64,000 nucleotides of DNA from an uncultured delta proteobacterium (GTDB lineage: Bacteria; Myxococcota_A; Polyangia; Palsa-1104). The stretch spans positions 1 to 64,000 of the forward strand of contig CAWAWS010000006.1 in the NCBI GenBank assembly GCA_963785725.1. Direction: 5' to 3'. The stretch's first letter is position 1; each line of letters opens with the position of its first letter. Shown in pieces: positions 1-10,808 of the stretch. The translations under genes were made by a program, and so were the position numbers. The notes under the pieces were generated by a model. That model saw nothing but the letters and a program-made list of their open reading frames with translations. It was not told the origin of the DNA and searched no databases.

Positions 1-301
1 GGTGGTCGGGCTCGGCAAGTCGCTGTCGCTGGAGCTGGCCGACAAAGGCGTGCTCGTCAACGTCGTGGCGCCGGGCATCGTCGACACCGATCGCGTGCGC
101 GAGCTCGACGAGGCCAACGCCGAGATGCAGCGGCGGCCCGTCGGCGAAATCGCCACCGAGGGCGCGCGCACGATTCCGCTGGGCCGCATGGGCACGCCCG
201 AGGAGGTCGGCGACGTCGTGGCCTTCTTGTGCTCGGCGCGCGCCGGCTACGTGACGGGCACGACGCTGGCCGTCGACGGCGGGCTCGTTCGCGGCGTCTG
301 A
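1..301 (+). CDS. SDR family oxidoreductase (3' part, truncated by window edge)
   Basis: C-terminal SDR motifs 'GVLVNVVAPGIVDT', 'IPLGRMGTPEEVGDVVAFLCS..AGYVTGTTLAVDGG'. Confidence 0.9.
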   Translation, partial: VVGLGKSLSLELADKGVLVNVVAPGIVDTDRVRELDEANAEMQRRPVGEIATEGARTIPLGRMGTPEEVGDVVAFLCSARAGYVTGTTLAVDGGLVRGV

Positions 302-323
302 CGCGCGCTTTGCGCCGCTCGGA

Positions 324-914
324 ATGCGCGCCGCGCTCCACCCTTGTCGCTGCCAGCCGCGCCATCGCGGGCAGCTCGTCGACGCGGCCGCGCTCAACGC
401 CGGCTGGCACGGCGCGGCGCCGTTCCTCATCGTGCCCGGCTTTACACCCGCTGTTCAGCTAGCGCGCCGGGCTGCATCCCGCGCGCGGCCCGGCGGCTGG
501 CGCGCGCGGCCGAGCTGCTGGCGCGCGGCCGCGCGGCGACGGTGATCGTGTCCGGCGGCGCCGTGCATTCGCCCGACAACGAGGCGCTCTTGATGCGGCA
601 GTGGCTGCTCGATCAGGGCGTGAAGGAGACGGCGGTCCTCGTCGATCCGTGCGCGCGCCACACGACGACGAACCTGCGCAACGCCGGGCGAATCGTGCTC
701 GCGGCGGGCGCGACCGAGGCGCACGTCGTGACCTCGGGCGACCAGCTGTACTATCTGGCGCATCCTGGCGGTCGACGTTTCATCTGCGCTGCCTCGTGCA
801 GCTCGGCTATCGCGTGGGCGAGCTCGATTGGGCCGAGGATCGCGGCGTCCGTTTCGGCCGTCGGCGGAGGTGTTCCGCGCGTCGCGTCGCGAGAGCCGCG
901 CCGGCGATCCCTGA
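324..914 (+). CDS. YdcF/DUF218 family protein (frameshifted; start uncertain)
   Basis: 'VIVSGGAVHSPDNEALLMRQWLLDQGV...VLVDPCARHTTTNLRNAGRI...AHVVTS' matches DUF218; reading continues in other frames to TGA 912-914. Confidence 0.7.
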
Positions 915-919
915 CTGCG

Positions 920-1521
920 TCAGTATTCGCCGTCGACGGGGATGCGGCGGCTGAAGTCGCGCCAGATGCGACGGTCTTCGCGGCAGTCGTAGGTGCGGCA
1001 GAGGCCGGGCGGTGCGCGTAGATGGTGCAGCGGAACGTGTCCGGCTCCGAGTGGGCGCGATAGCCGTCGTCGCGTTGCGCAGCTGATAGGGCCGCGAGTA
1101 CTCCCAATGGACGACGCGCTCGTCGAATCGTCACCGAGCAAAGACCGTCAGCTTGCAACAGCGCGCCTTGCACATCGGCATGAGCGCCCGCATCGATGTC
1201 GGGCAGCGGGCCGAGGGCGTATTTGTCGACGGGGTCGGCCAGCTTCACGATCGGCTGCTCGGGCGGACCGTCGCCGCGCTGTCGAGGAGGCGCTGCCGTC
1301 GGCGCTCGAACTCGCCCGGCGGCAACGCGCCGACGGAGACCAGCGTTCCACGAGCGCCCGCAGCGTCGCATCGCGGTCGGCCTGGCCGGCGCGGCTGTCG
1401 ACCAGCTGGCCGTTGACGAAGCGCAGGCGGCGTCCATCTCGGTCCGCGACGGCGCCCCGGCGGCCGGCTCGGCCGCGCACGAGTCGGGGCCCTGTCCGTC
1501 CGATCCGTCTCCCTCGTCCAT
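920..1521 (-). CDS. YkgJ-like cysteine-cluster protein (frameshifted)
   Basis: Pieces across frames: 'FRCTIYAHRP' + 'GLCRTYDCREDRRIWRDF', and upstream 'CKARCCKL'. Confidence 0.65.
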
Positions 1522-1609
1522 GTGCGAGTATACCTCGATAACGTGGCCACCGCATCTTCGCCGCCGATCCCTAGGGTTGAAGCGCCCCGGAAGCGACTAT
1601 GATCGACCC

Positions 1610-2028
1610 GTGACCAACAACATCCTTATCGTCGAGGATGATCCCGATATCCTCAGCTCGTTGGCCGAGGTCATTCGCGAAGAAGGCTACGAGGTGGAGA
1701 CCGCCGCCAACGGCTACCAGGCGCTGGCGAAGTTGGAAGCGGGGATGCCGGACCTCATCTTTCTCGACCTCATGATGCCGCTCATGGACGGCTGGAAGTT
1801 CATGGAGACGGCCGAGCAGCGCTTTCCCGAGATGGTGGCGCGGGTCGTGTTGTCTCGGCGGTGAACGGGCTGTCGGACGAGGCGGTCAAGCTCGGCGTGT
1901 GCGAGTTCCTGGCGAAGCCGTTCGACCTCGAGGACGTCACGCGCGTGACGCATCGCCTGTGTCCCAAGGGCAACGAGCGGCACTCGGGCTGTAGCCGCGC
2001 CGCTTGTCGGCGGCGATTGTCGCGTTAG
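1610..2028 (+). CDS. Single-domain response regulator (receiver), one frameshift near 1855
   Basis: 'ILIVEDDPD...PDLIFLDLMMPLMDGWKF', then in a shifted frame 'KLGVCEFLAKPFDLEDV'. Confidence 0.85.
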
Positions 2029-2029
2029 C

Positions 2030-2058
2030 TTGACACGCGGCGTGGGGTCATCTAGATT
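2030..2058 (+). promoter_or_regulatory. sigma70-type promoter for tRNA-Leu(CAG)
   Basis: TTGACA (2030-2035), 17 bp spacer, TAGATT (2053-2058), 11 bp before the tRNA. Confidence 0.65.
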
Positions 2059-2069
2059 TCTGCCGCCTC

Positions 2070-2150
<81 letters not shown>

Positions 2151-2180
2151 CAACAGCACGCTCTCCGACGGTAACTCCTG

Positions 2181-3085
2181 CTACTTCCTCTTCGGCTTCT
2201 TGTTGCTCCGGTTCGCCGTCGTGTCCCGACGGCGGCCAGTATGTGGCCACAAATGCCGTCCGGCAGCCTTCAGCACGTTCTCGTCGGCGCGCTCCGTAGG
2301 CCGGATGTAGCGGTTCGTCGTGGTGACGTTTTTGTGGCCGGCGAGGTAGGCGATGCCGGCGAGGTTCGTGCTGTGCTCCGCCAGGAAGTGGCCCGTGAGT
2401 GCCGGAAGTCGTACGGCGACAGGTGCGCGGCCTTTTCCTCCGGCAGCTCCGCAGCACGTCCAGCGGCGCGTAGGACCGACCGATAATCGTGGCGGCCGAA
2501 GAGCAGGCCGATGTCAGGACGAGTTCGAGTCGAGAGCGCAGCGCGCGGCCTTGCTCAGCGGTCGGCGGCGACCAAATCGCGCCTTGTCGATCTCGTCGCG
2601 GATGACGAGGTAGCTGCGGCCGCGCTTGTAGTCGTCAGGCGCGCGCAGCAGATCGAGCGTCTGAGGCCTCAGCGCGGTCTGCCACGCAACTTCGAAGCGC
2701 GCCTGCACCGGATAGCCGCGCGGCGCACGCGGAGCCTTCACGATGGCCGGCAGGTTCGCGATCACCGCGCGAACCTCCTTCTCGGTCAGGACGAGAAACT
2801 GTGCCTTGTGCGGTCGCCTCGCGTCAGGCGTGCCTACGGCCTTCGGAGGCGGTGTCGAAACGAGCGGCGCGGCCGGAAGATGGCCATTGGAGGGCGCACC
2901 AGGAGAGGAAGCCACGTAGAGCCGAAGCTACTTGAGCACCGTCTTTCGGCGCACGTGGCGAAGCCGATGGCGCCAATACTCCTCGGCAGATTCTGGCGTG
3001 ATGCGATCGAGGCTCCAAAAGACGGAACGAAGTGCGCGGTCACGGACCCGCAGTTGCGGCAAAAGGTCGCAGGGTATTGCCTCAA
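2181..3085 (-). pseudogene. Tyrosine recombinase/integrase, fragmented
   Basis: 'AWQTALRPQTL' (catalytic R), 'LSPYDFRHSRAT', 'IAYLAGHKNVTTTNRY'; N-terminal 'SALRGFLSWC'. Several frameshifts and an apparent in-frame TAG ('VLK*L'); stop TAG at 2181-2183. Confidence 0.8.
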
Positions 3086-3106
3086 GCCTTCGCTAGTATA
3101 GCGGAC

Positions 3107-3600
3107 ATGACAACCTCACCTCCACCTTCAGCGGATGAAGTAGCGGCACTTCTACAGCTCGCGTGGACTGATCTTCTACAGGAGATCCCGCCACTTCGGA
3201 TTACGAGGAAAAGAACGAAATCCCTGGCGGCGTTGGTAGCGAAGAAGACGAAAAGCGCATTATATCGTTTGAGCGAGCCATCTGTTTTCGGTTTGGCATT
3301 AGTCTGGATCGACTGATTAGCGTCTGTCGCCGGCGTTGGGGAGCGCCTTGGAATACCGTGTGGGTCGATGCCGAGCTTCACCGCGCTAAAGGTGGATACA
3401 AAATAGACGGCAAAATCCCCGATCTTCATAATCCATCATCGTGGCGACGATAAAGCGAACCTTTTGGTGATGGAATTCAAGCATAGCCGAGACAACAATA
3501 ACGCCGACTATAAGAAGCTCGAGGCCCTGTGCACGGCGATCGGCAATACCAGTATGGCTGGGCTGCTAGTATGGATCTCAGCAAGGAACCGCTGAACATC
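3107..3600 (+). CDS. PD-(D/E)XK-like hypothetical protein (frameshifted)
   Basis: Joined frames give 'LSEPSV...WVDAELHR...IPD[F]IIHHRGDDKANLLVMEFK...DYKKL', resembling the 'PDIIxHxRG..NLLVIExK' family; low GC. Confidence 0.6.
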
Positions 3601-3958
3601 GAAAGAGCCTATAAGCGGGGCTGACCTTGGTATCCTGAGATGGCGTCGGCCGATCAGGATCTCAGATTCCGTGGCTACGAAGTCTATCGTTTCGGGCCGT
3701 GGAGTTGGACTCGGGAGCGCGCTGGCGACAAGTCGAATCGTTCTTTCCACGGCTATTCCAGTGACACGGACTCGCCGTGTCGTACCGATAGCCGCCCTAT
3801 GTCGCCGGCCCGGAATGATCAAAAAGCTGTGGGAACTTTGGAATACACCGGGAAGGTACCCCCCCGCAAAAGGGGTCCCATTTCAATCAGTGCTAGCGAA
3901 GTGCCTCTGTTCCGAAAGCTGACTTTACGTCGCTGCATCTATCGTCGGAGGTTCGACG

Positions 3959-4260
3959 ATGGAAGCGACGGGCCCCGGCCATCACGAGGGCGATCGGAGA
4001 CCGATAGCACCCAACAACCATCATGGCGAGTCGTCGCAGGGGCAGCACGATCGGACGGTGTCGCCGTATCTGACCACTCGCGAAGCTGCGATCTATCTCA
4101 GGTATCGCGGAGCATCTGCCGTCAGGAACCTGATTGCCGCCGGGAAAGCTACAGCCTGCCGGCCGACGTGGGCGGACATGGCTCTTTCGAGTAGCAGACC
4201 TGGACGCTATGCTCAGTGGCCGTGGCGTTCCCGAGGGCTCCTATGGAGATGTTCACCATG
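3959..4260 (+). CDS. Excisionase-like HTH DNA-binding protein (frameshift near 4145; second frame stays open to 4535, overlapping int)
   Basis: 'SPYLTTREAAIYLRYRGASAVRNLIAAGK' + 'LQPAGRRGRTWLFRVADLDAML', directly upstream of the integrase. Confidence 0.75.
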
Positions 4261-5440
4261 CGGAAGTATCCAGGGATCGAGAAGCTTCCCGACGGGCGCA
4301 AGCGCATCCGGGTGCGCGGAGTAGACCCAAAGACGGGCCGGATGAAGGAGGTAGACCGAAGAGTAAAGGTCTCGATGTCGGAGGCGGTGAAGCTGCGCGA
4401 GGAGCTACGCGACCGCCTCCGCGGCGGGGCAGACTACCGGCAAGTGGCCGTCCCGAGGCTGGCAGAATTCGCCGAGTCGTGGATGAAGTCCAGGGCGCTC
4501 GCACTCAAGGCGTCGACCGGGAGGACGTACGCTGACCTTCTCGATCACCACGTCGTGCCATCGCTCGGCGACTTCTTCGTCGATAAGGTTACGGACGCCG
4601 ATGTGCGCGGCTGGCGCGAAGCAATCGTGAAGACGAGGTCGGCGGCGACGGCGAACAATGCGCTGCGCGTTCTCAAGATGGTCTACAGGGACGCGGTCGA
4701 AGAGTATGACCTCGACCGGAATCCGACCGCTCGGGTCCGCGTCCTTCCGGTGCAGGGCTACACCGAGGCAGATCCGAACGTGCTAGCTCCGGCGCAGCTC
4801 GCGGCGCTTCTGACCGCGTACAAGGAGATCGCGGCTCGGCAGTATCCGCTGGCGCTCACGCTGGCGCTCACGGGACTGAGGTACGGAGAAGCGACTGCGC
4901 TCAAGTGGACAGATGTCGACGAGGAGGCGGCATGCATCAGGTCCGGCGCGCTCAGTGGCACGGCAAGGTCTCAACGACCAAGACAGGCGTGATCCGGTCA
5001 GTGCCGCTCGTTCCTGGTCTGGCAAAGGTGTTGCGCGAGCATCGCGTCGAGCAGTCGCACGTCAGGTGCCGGGCCTGGCTGAGGGCTGGATCTTCACGAC
5101 GCTTGATGGGCGGTTGCTCAAGAAAAACGGGCTGCGTGAGGCGCACGAGCGGGCGCTGAAGAGGGCGGGGATCACCCATAGGTTCACCGTGCACGGTTTG
5201 CGGCGCACGTTCAACAACCTCGCGCGCCAGGTAGCGGGCGAGATCGTCACGCGCTCGATCACTGGCCACGTCACCGCGCAGATGACGGAGCACTACAGCT
5301 TCGTCAATCGTCCGGAGAAGTTGGCAGCGGCCGGCAAGGTGGTTCAGATGGTGTTCGGCAACCTAGTGGGGGATCCGGTGGGGGATCGCCGGGACGCGAC
5401 GCCTGCAACGGAAGGGCAAGAGGAGAGCAAGTCAGCGTAA
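4258..5440 (+). CDS. Phage-type tyrosine integrase (frameshifts near 4940 and 5060)
   Basis: 'LALTGLRYGEATALKWTDVD', 'KVSTTKTG..RSVPL', 'FTVHGLRRTF', 'ITGHVTAQMTEHY'; GGAG RBS before ATG 4258. Confidence 0.9.
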
Positions 5441-5447
5441 TATTTGG

Positions 5448-5532
5448 TGGTGCGAGGAAGGGGGGTCGAACCCCTACACCTTTCGGTACCAGATCCTAAG
5501 TCTGGCGCGTCTGCCAATTCCGCCATCCTCGC
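5448..5532 (-). tRNA. tRNA-Leu(TAG)
   Basis: Reverse complement GCGAGGATGGCGGAATTGGCAGACGCGCCAGACTTAGGATCTGG...GGTTCGACCCCCCTTCCTCGCACCA; anticodon TAG; CCA encoded. Confidence 0.96.
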
Positions 5533-5853
5533 AGTCAATCAATCGAGCTCTCAGCGTCCCAACCACCCTCGCCAAACGACAGTCTTGTTCCGTTTACCAA
5601 AATACCGTCCACTTCGCACGTCCTTCGCGAACATGCTCAGCCAACGTCCAGCTCGGTCTCCATCCGCACGCGGCTCGCGGGTCTGCTCATTTGCGTGCGT
5701 CGCCTCGCACTGCGTAGCCGCGTCGTCCACAACCGCGACCGCGCCGCCGCGCCCGCCTGCCGTCTTCCGCCGCCGCGCGCACCCGCCGCGTCGGCATGTG
5801 ACTTGCTGCATCCCACGTCGCCGCCACGCCTACGCGGCCGACGAAAGGCCCTC

Positions 5854-7338
5854 ATGCTGCTCGCGACGCGCCCGCACCGCCATTGGCTCCTCGTCATCGT
5901 CGTCGCGCTCGCCGGCGGCTGCGGCCCGGGCGGCAACCCCGGCGAAAACCACGCGGGCGTCGACGCCGGCTGCGACGGCGCGCCCTGCGTCGATCCTTGC
6001 ACCGCCGATCCGCACGGCCCGGGATGCGCCTATCGCGCCATCGCCGGCGCCTTCCACGTCTTCGGCGTCACCAGCGACAACTACGCGCTCATCGCCGACG
6101 GCAACGGCACGACCTCCATGCTCGACCTGGCCCACGGCACGCTGACCCAGATCGCCACCGATTACACGCAGGGCTTCATCAGCGGCAATGTCGCGTTCGT
6201 CTTTCACGGCGGCGCCCTCGGCTCGACGCACCTGCCGCTGGTCATCTGGACCGCCGCCAACGGCGCGCGCGAGCTCGACCCGTCGGGCATGGCCTTCAAC
6301 AACCCGCCGAGCAGCGACGGCACCCACGTCCTCTGGATCGGCAACGTCACCAGCGACGGCGCCAGCGGCGACGTGCTCCTCGGCGCGGTCGACGGGGCGA
6401 CGCCGCCGCGCACGCTGCTCGCGGGCGTCGACTTGACCGGCAGCTGCGCCCTGCCGCTCGGCGCCAACATCACCGAGAGCCGCGCCATCTTCGCCAGCTG
6501 CCAATCGGGACAGTCGGCCACGACGCTCGCATCGTACGACGTCGACAGCGGCGCGCTCCTCGGCAGCACGGCTTCGCAGGTCATCTTCACCCAGGTCGAC
6601 GGTCACAACGGCCACATCCTCTTTCCGACCGCCACCGGCGCGTCCGTCTCCGATCTCGACATCACCCACGTCACGCCCATTGCCACCGACTATCAGAACG
6701 GCAGCCTCACCCACGACGGCAAGAGCGTCCTCTACACCGACACCGAGGGCCGGCTCCAGCTCGTCTCCGTCGACGGCGGCACGCCGGTGCTCGTGCAGCC
6801 GGGGCCGGCGCTCTTCATCCAAGCGATCGCGCCCGACAGCAGCGTCGCCCTCTACTCGACGATGCAGGACGGCACCACCGCCAACGCCGATCTGTACCTG
6901 ACGGCGCTCGTGCCCAACGCGCCGCCGCCGCTGCAGCTGCGCGCGACCACCGACGTGCAGATCCTCGGCGACGCCTTCACCACCGACTCCCAGTTCGCGC
7001 TCTATGCCGCCAACGTCGACACCGCTTACAACGGCGCGTTATGGGCGCAGCCGACGACGGGCGGCGCCGGTCGCATGCTGACGAAGCTCGACTTCTATTG
7101 GCGGACGCTCGCCGGCTCGCGAATCGTCTACAGCGACGTGCCGGTGGAGACGACGACCCCGAACGGCCTCGCCGACGGCGTCGTCGACCTCGACCTCGTC
7201 GACCTGGCCAGCGGCGCGCCGCCGACGACGCTGGTCAAGAGCGTCAACGCCTACTTCTTCGCCGACGATACGACGCTCGTCTATGCCGTCTACGACGACC
7301 CGACGCGTGCCGGTGTGTACACGATGACGCTGCCGTAG
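5854..7338 (+). CDS. Secreted lipoprotein, probable beta-propeller
   Basis: Lipobox 'VVALAGGC'; repeated 'xxDG/xDS..VLY' blade-like motifs; strong GC3 bias. Confidence 0.7.
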   Translation: MLLATRPHRHWLLVIVVALAGGCGPGGNPGENHAGVDAGCDGAPCVDPCTADPHGPGCAYRAIAGAFHVFGVTSDNYALIADGNGTTSMLDLAHGTLTQIATDYTQGFISGNVAFVFHGGALGSTHLPLVIWTAANGARELDPSGMAFNNPPSSDGTHVLWIGNVTSDGASGDVLLGAVDGATPPRTLLAGVDLTGSCALPLGANITESRAIFASCQSGQSATTLASYDVDSGALLGSTASQVIFTQVDGHNGHILFPTATGASVSDLDITHVTPIATDYQNGSLTHDGKSVLYTDTEGRLQLVSVDGGTPVLVQPGPALFIQAIAPDSSVALYSTMQDGTTANADLYLTALVPNAPPPLQLRATTDVQILGDAFTTDSQFALYAANVDTAYNGALWAQPTTGGAGRMLTKLDFYWRTLAGSRIVYSDVPVETTTPNGLADGVVDLDLVDLASGAPPTTLVKSVNAYFFADDTTLVYAVYDDPTRAGVYTMTLP

Positions 7339-7406
7339 CTGCGCCAATCCCGATGCTTGCCTCGTCGGTTAATAGTTAACAGAAATCTGAATCATTAACG
7401 CGGCCG

Positions 7407-8231
7407 TTAGGCAGTTGCGATGGCCAGCTCGCGCGGATCGTGCGCGGAGATGATGCGCACTTGCCGACCGTGCGCGTGCGCCAGCGCGTTCAGGCGGTCG
7501 CGGTTGGCGAGGCGGGCGCGACCATCCATGGCCATGATGCGCTGGAAGGCTTCGAGGCCGACGGGGCAGCGCGACGGCTGGGCGTGGACTTCGTCGTGCG
7601 CGAAGTAGGCGTCGCCGGCGTGCAGGATCCAGCCGTCGCCGGTGCGGACGGCGATGCCGCAGTGGCCGCGCGTGTGGCCGGTGAGCGGCACGAGCAGCAC
7701 CTCGTCGTCGCTGCCGCCGATCGCGCGCACGCTGTCGAAGCCGAACCAGCGCTCGCCGTCGAGGCGATGGAGCTGCCACTTCGGCTGGTGCGCCCACTGC
7801 ATCGGCAGATAGCGGCGCTGCTCGAGCGGCGACGAGCGCTGCATCGCGGCCGCGTGCTCGTCGGCGAAGACGTGCACCTGCGCGTCGGGAAAGTCGGGCA
7901 GGCCGCCGGCGTGATCGAGATCGAGGTGCGTCGTCAGGATATGGCGGACGTCGGCCGGCTGAAAGCCCAACGCGCGAATCTGCGCCAGCGCCGTCTCTTC
8001 GTGGCGTCGCTGCGGCGCCGTCACCAGCACGAAGCCGGCCGGCAGGCGCGCGCGATCGGTGACGTCGGCGGTGCCGAAGCCGGTGTCGACGAGGATGAGG
8101 CCGTCCGCGGATTCGACGAGCAGGCAATGGCAGACGAGGTGGCCGCGCTCGAGCCAGCCGCCGGCGCCGCCGTTGACGAGCGACGCCGGCCAAGGACACA
8201 TCGTGCCGCAGTTGAGGTGATGGACGCGCAT
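7407..8231 (-). CDS. MBL-fold metallo-hydrolase
   Basis: 'ILVDTGFG', 'THLDLDHAGG', 'GHTRGH', 'AGDAYF', 'AHD'. Confidence 0.92.
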   Translation of the reverse strand: MRVHHLNCGTMCPWPASLVNGGAGGWLERGHLVCHCLLVESADGLILVDTGFGTADVTDRARLPAGFVLVTAPQRRHEETALAQIRALGFQPADVRHILTTHLDLDHAGGLPDFPDAQVHVFADEHAAAMQRSSPLEQRRYLPMQWAHQPKWQLHRLDGERWFGFDSVRAIGGSDDEVLLVPLTGHTRGHCGIAVRTGDGWILHAGDAYFAHDEVHAQPSRCPVGLEAFQRIMAMDGRARLANRDRLNALAHAHGRQVRIISAHDPRELAIATA

Positions 8232-8279
8232 GGCGCCGACGATTGTACGTCAGCTACGACTGCGAGCGCGTGACGTGAA

Positions 8280-10623
8280 TCAGGAGATGGGCGAAATGGT
8301 GCACAAGTTGTCGATGCAGCTGAGGCCGGTGCCGCAGCAGTCGGCGCTGGTGCTGCACTTCGAGTATTCGGGGACGCAGCCGGGCGGTTTGTCGCCGCAC
8401 ACGAGCGAGCCCGCGCCGTTGGCGCTGCAGTAGCCGGTGCAGCATTCGTCGCCGGTCATGCACGACGTGCCCGACGCGTGGCAGGGCTCGTTGACCCAGT
8501 AAGCCTTCATGTTGCCCGACATGATCTCTTGGCCCGGCAAGTAGAACGCGGGATGGCTCGGATCGCCGCTCGCCTTCGGGTTGGGATCGATGGCCGCCAT
8601 CCACAGCTTCTTCGTCTGCGGCGCGGTCGGCGCTGCGCCGTTTTGCACGGGGAAATAGGGATCGGTGGTGGCGACGTTGCCGTACAAGCGGCGGCTGGTG
8701 AACACGACCCAGTAGTAGCCGCCCGAGGCGATGGGCGTGACGTTGGGCTCGAAGTTGAGCTGCTCGTCGTCGGCGTGGTTGTTGGCGTTCGTCGGCAACA
8801 GCTTGGTCGTGCAGTCGGGGCCGTAGCCGTTGATGGCGCACAGCGACTGCGGCGCGAAGCGCTCCATGCCGCCGACGGCGGGCGCGTCGGCGAGCCAGAA
8901 TCTCGGCCTGCGCGCCCGAGCGCGTGTTCAGCTGCGAGCCGCCGTCGGTGCACGGGGTGACGGTGTGCTGGAAGACGACCATCTTGGAGTCGGGCGTGAA
9001 CGAGGGCCAGCCGACATAGTGATTGGCCGGCGCCGCGAAGAGCTCACGCAAGCCGCTGAACGTGTACGGCGACGCCGTGTTGCAGGTGACGCTGCCGGCG
9101 GGCGCGCCGCAGGCGAAGTCCATGATCGCGAGCTCGCCGATGCCGGGCGCGACGCCGGCGACGCCGGTGCCGGTGCGGAAGTTGAACGCCGCGTGCGCGC
9201 CGTCGGGCGAGAACGTCGGCGTGACCGCGCGCGTGACGACCGTGCTGAAGCCGGTCGTGGGCACGGCGGCTTCGTTGGCGGCCGCGTACAGGTTCGAGTT
9301 GCCGCCGTACGCGTGGTAGTCCTCTTGCGACGACACGAGGCCCATCGTGCCGTCGGGGTAGATGCCGCCGTAAGTGAACATGCCGCCGGTGGTGCCGCCG
9401 CTGTACGTCGACACCTGCGCCGGCGGGCTCTGCTTGAGATCGAAGACGGCGCCGTCGTTGGTGTTGGCGTCGGTGGTGGCGGTGAACAGCGTCGAGCCGT
9501 CGGCCGAGACCTCGTGGCAGGCGTAGCACTTGCCAAGCTGCGACGGGATGGCCAATTGCGGCTGGAAACCGCCCGGCTGAATCGCCAGCACCGCGCCGTT
9601 GCCGTCGGAGCCGTTGGTGGTGCCGGTGTTCAAGTGCGAATCGTAGGTGTTGTAGTAGACGGTGCCGCGCAGTCGGCTGGGCGCGATCGTCCAGCTCTGC
9701 GTCAGCGGGCCGAGCACGTTGGTGCCGTCGGTGATCTTGAGCTCGACGACGAGCGGGTCGCCGCTGTTGGAGTTGGTGGCGGCGGTCCAGGCGGCGGCGT
9801 CGATGGGCGCGTTGACGAGGTTGTTGCCCGCGTAATAGCCCTGGAAATCGTAGTTCGCCTGCTTCAAGTGCACCCAAATCGCCGTCGCGTTGAAGGTCGT
9901 GGGCGTGGTCGGCACCGACCATTGCAACAGCGGCGGCAAGATGCCACGCGGGAACACGGTGCCGTCGTAAGGATAGAGGAACTTGAAGGTGGCGTCGGAG
10001 CCGGTGCCGTTCTGCAGCACCGTCACCGTCGTCGCGGGCGGGGCGCCGCCGAGCGGAACGCCGCCGACGCCGTTGTAGCCGCCAGGCGGAGCGCCGCCGT
10101 CGACGGGCGTCTGCGGACCGGTGCCCGAGCCGCTGTTGGCGCCGGTGTTGATCGTCGCGATGGCGATGGTGAGCATCGCCGTCGCCTGCACGTTGCCGGC
10201 GGTGGCGGTGACGGTGGCGGTGCCGGCGTTCAAGCCGTTGGCGGTAAAGACGCCGCCGCCGGCCGTGAGCGCGCCGAACTCGCCCTTGTCGATCTGCCAG
10301 CTGGCCGTGATCGGGTTGCCGTTCTCGTCGCTGGCGGTGAAGGTCAGCGGCATCGTGGCGACGGTGCCGTCGGTGACGGTGACGTTGACGAGCGCCGGGT
10401 TGGGCGTGATGGTGATCGACGTCGGCGCGGGCGTGCCGGTGCTCATATCGGTGCTGATGCTGCCGCCACCGCCGCCGCCACCGCCGGCGCTGCCGAGGTC
10501 GCCGCTGCCGCTGATGCCGCCGCCGCCGTGCTCGCCGCTGTGCGAAGGGCCACAGCCGACGAGACAGCCAGCGAGAACGAGCACGCCGAGAGAGCACGTC
10601 GAGTAAAAGATACGCAAGCTCAT
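8280..10623 (-). CDS. TolB-like lipoprotein with Cys-rich C-terminus (frameshift near 8900)
   Basis: Lipobox 'CLVGC', 'YPYDGTVFPRG', PD40-like 'PTFSPDG' and 'WPSFTPDS'; C-terminal frame 8280-8867 has 'YYWVVFTSRR' and two C-x6-C-x5-CC modules. Confidence 0.75.
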
Positions 10624-10808
10624 GGATAGGATCCTCGCGCTCGAATCTAGAGCGGCGGATTACGATCTTATCAGCTGTATCCAACGGGCGACAACGACGA
10701 CGGCGCATCGCAACCACGAAATTCGCGCGACGCCCACCGACGTTGGCGACGCGACACCACATCCGCGCACACTTGAATCCGCGGGATGAGCGCGGCAAGC
10801 TCGCGCGC

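Larger units (their letters stand above)
2151..5447. mobile_element. Small genomic island or integrative-element remnant between two convergent tRNA-Leu genes
   Basis: Two tyrosine recombinases each ending near a tRNA 3' end, an excisionase-like HTH gene, and a visibly lower-GC core at ~3050-3950. Confidence 0.8.

Noticed and set aside
2151..5447. Intact prophage
   Set aside because: No structural, terminase or replication genes; only 3.3 kb.
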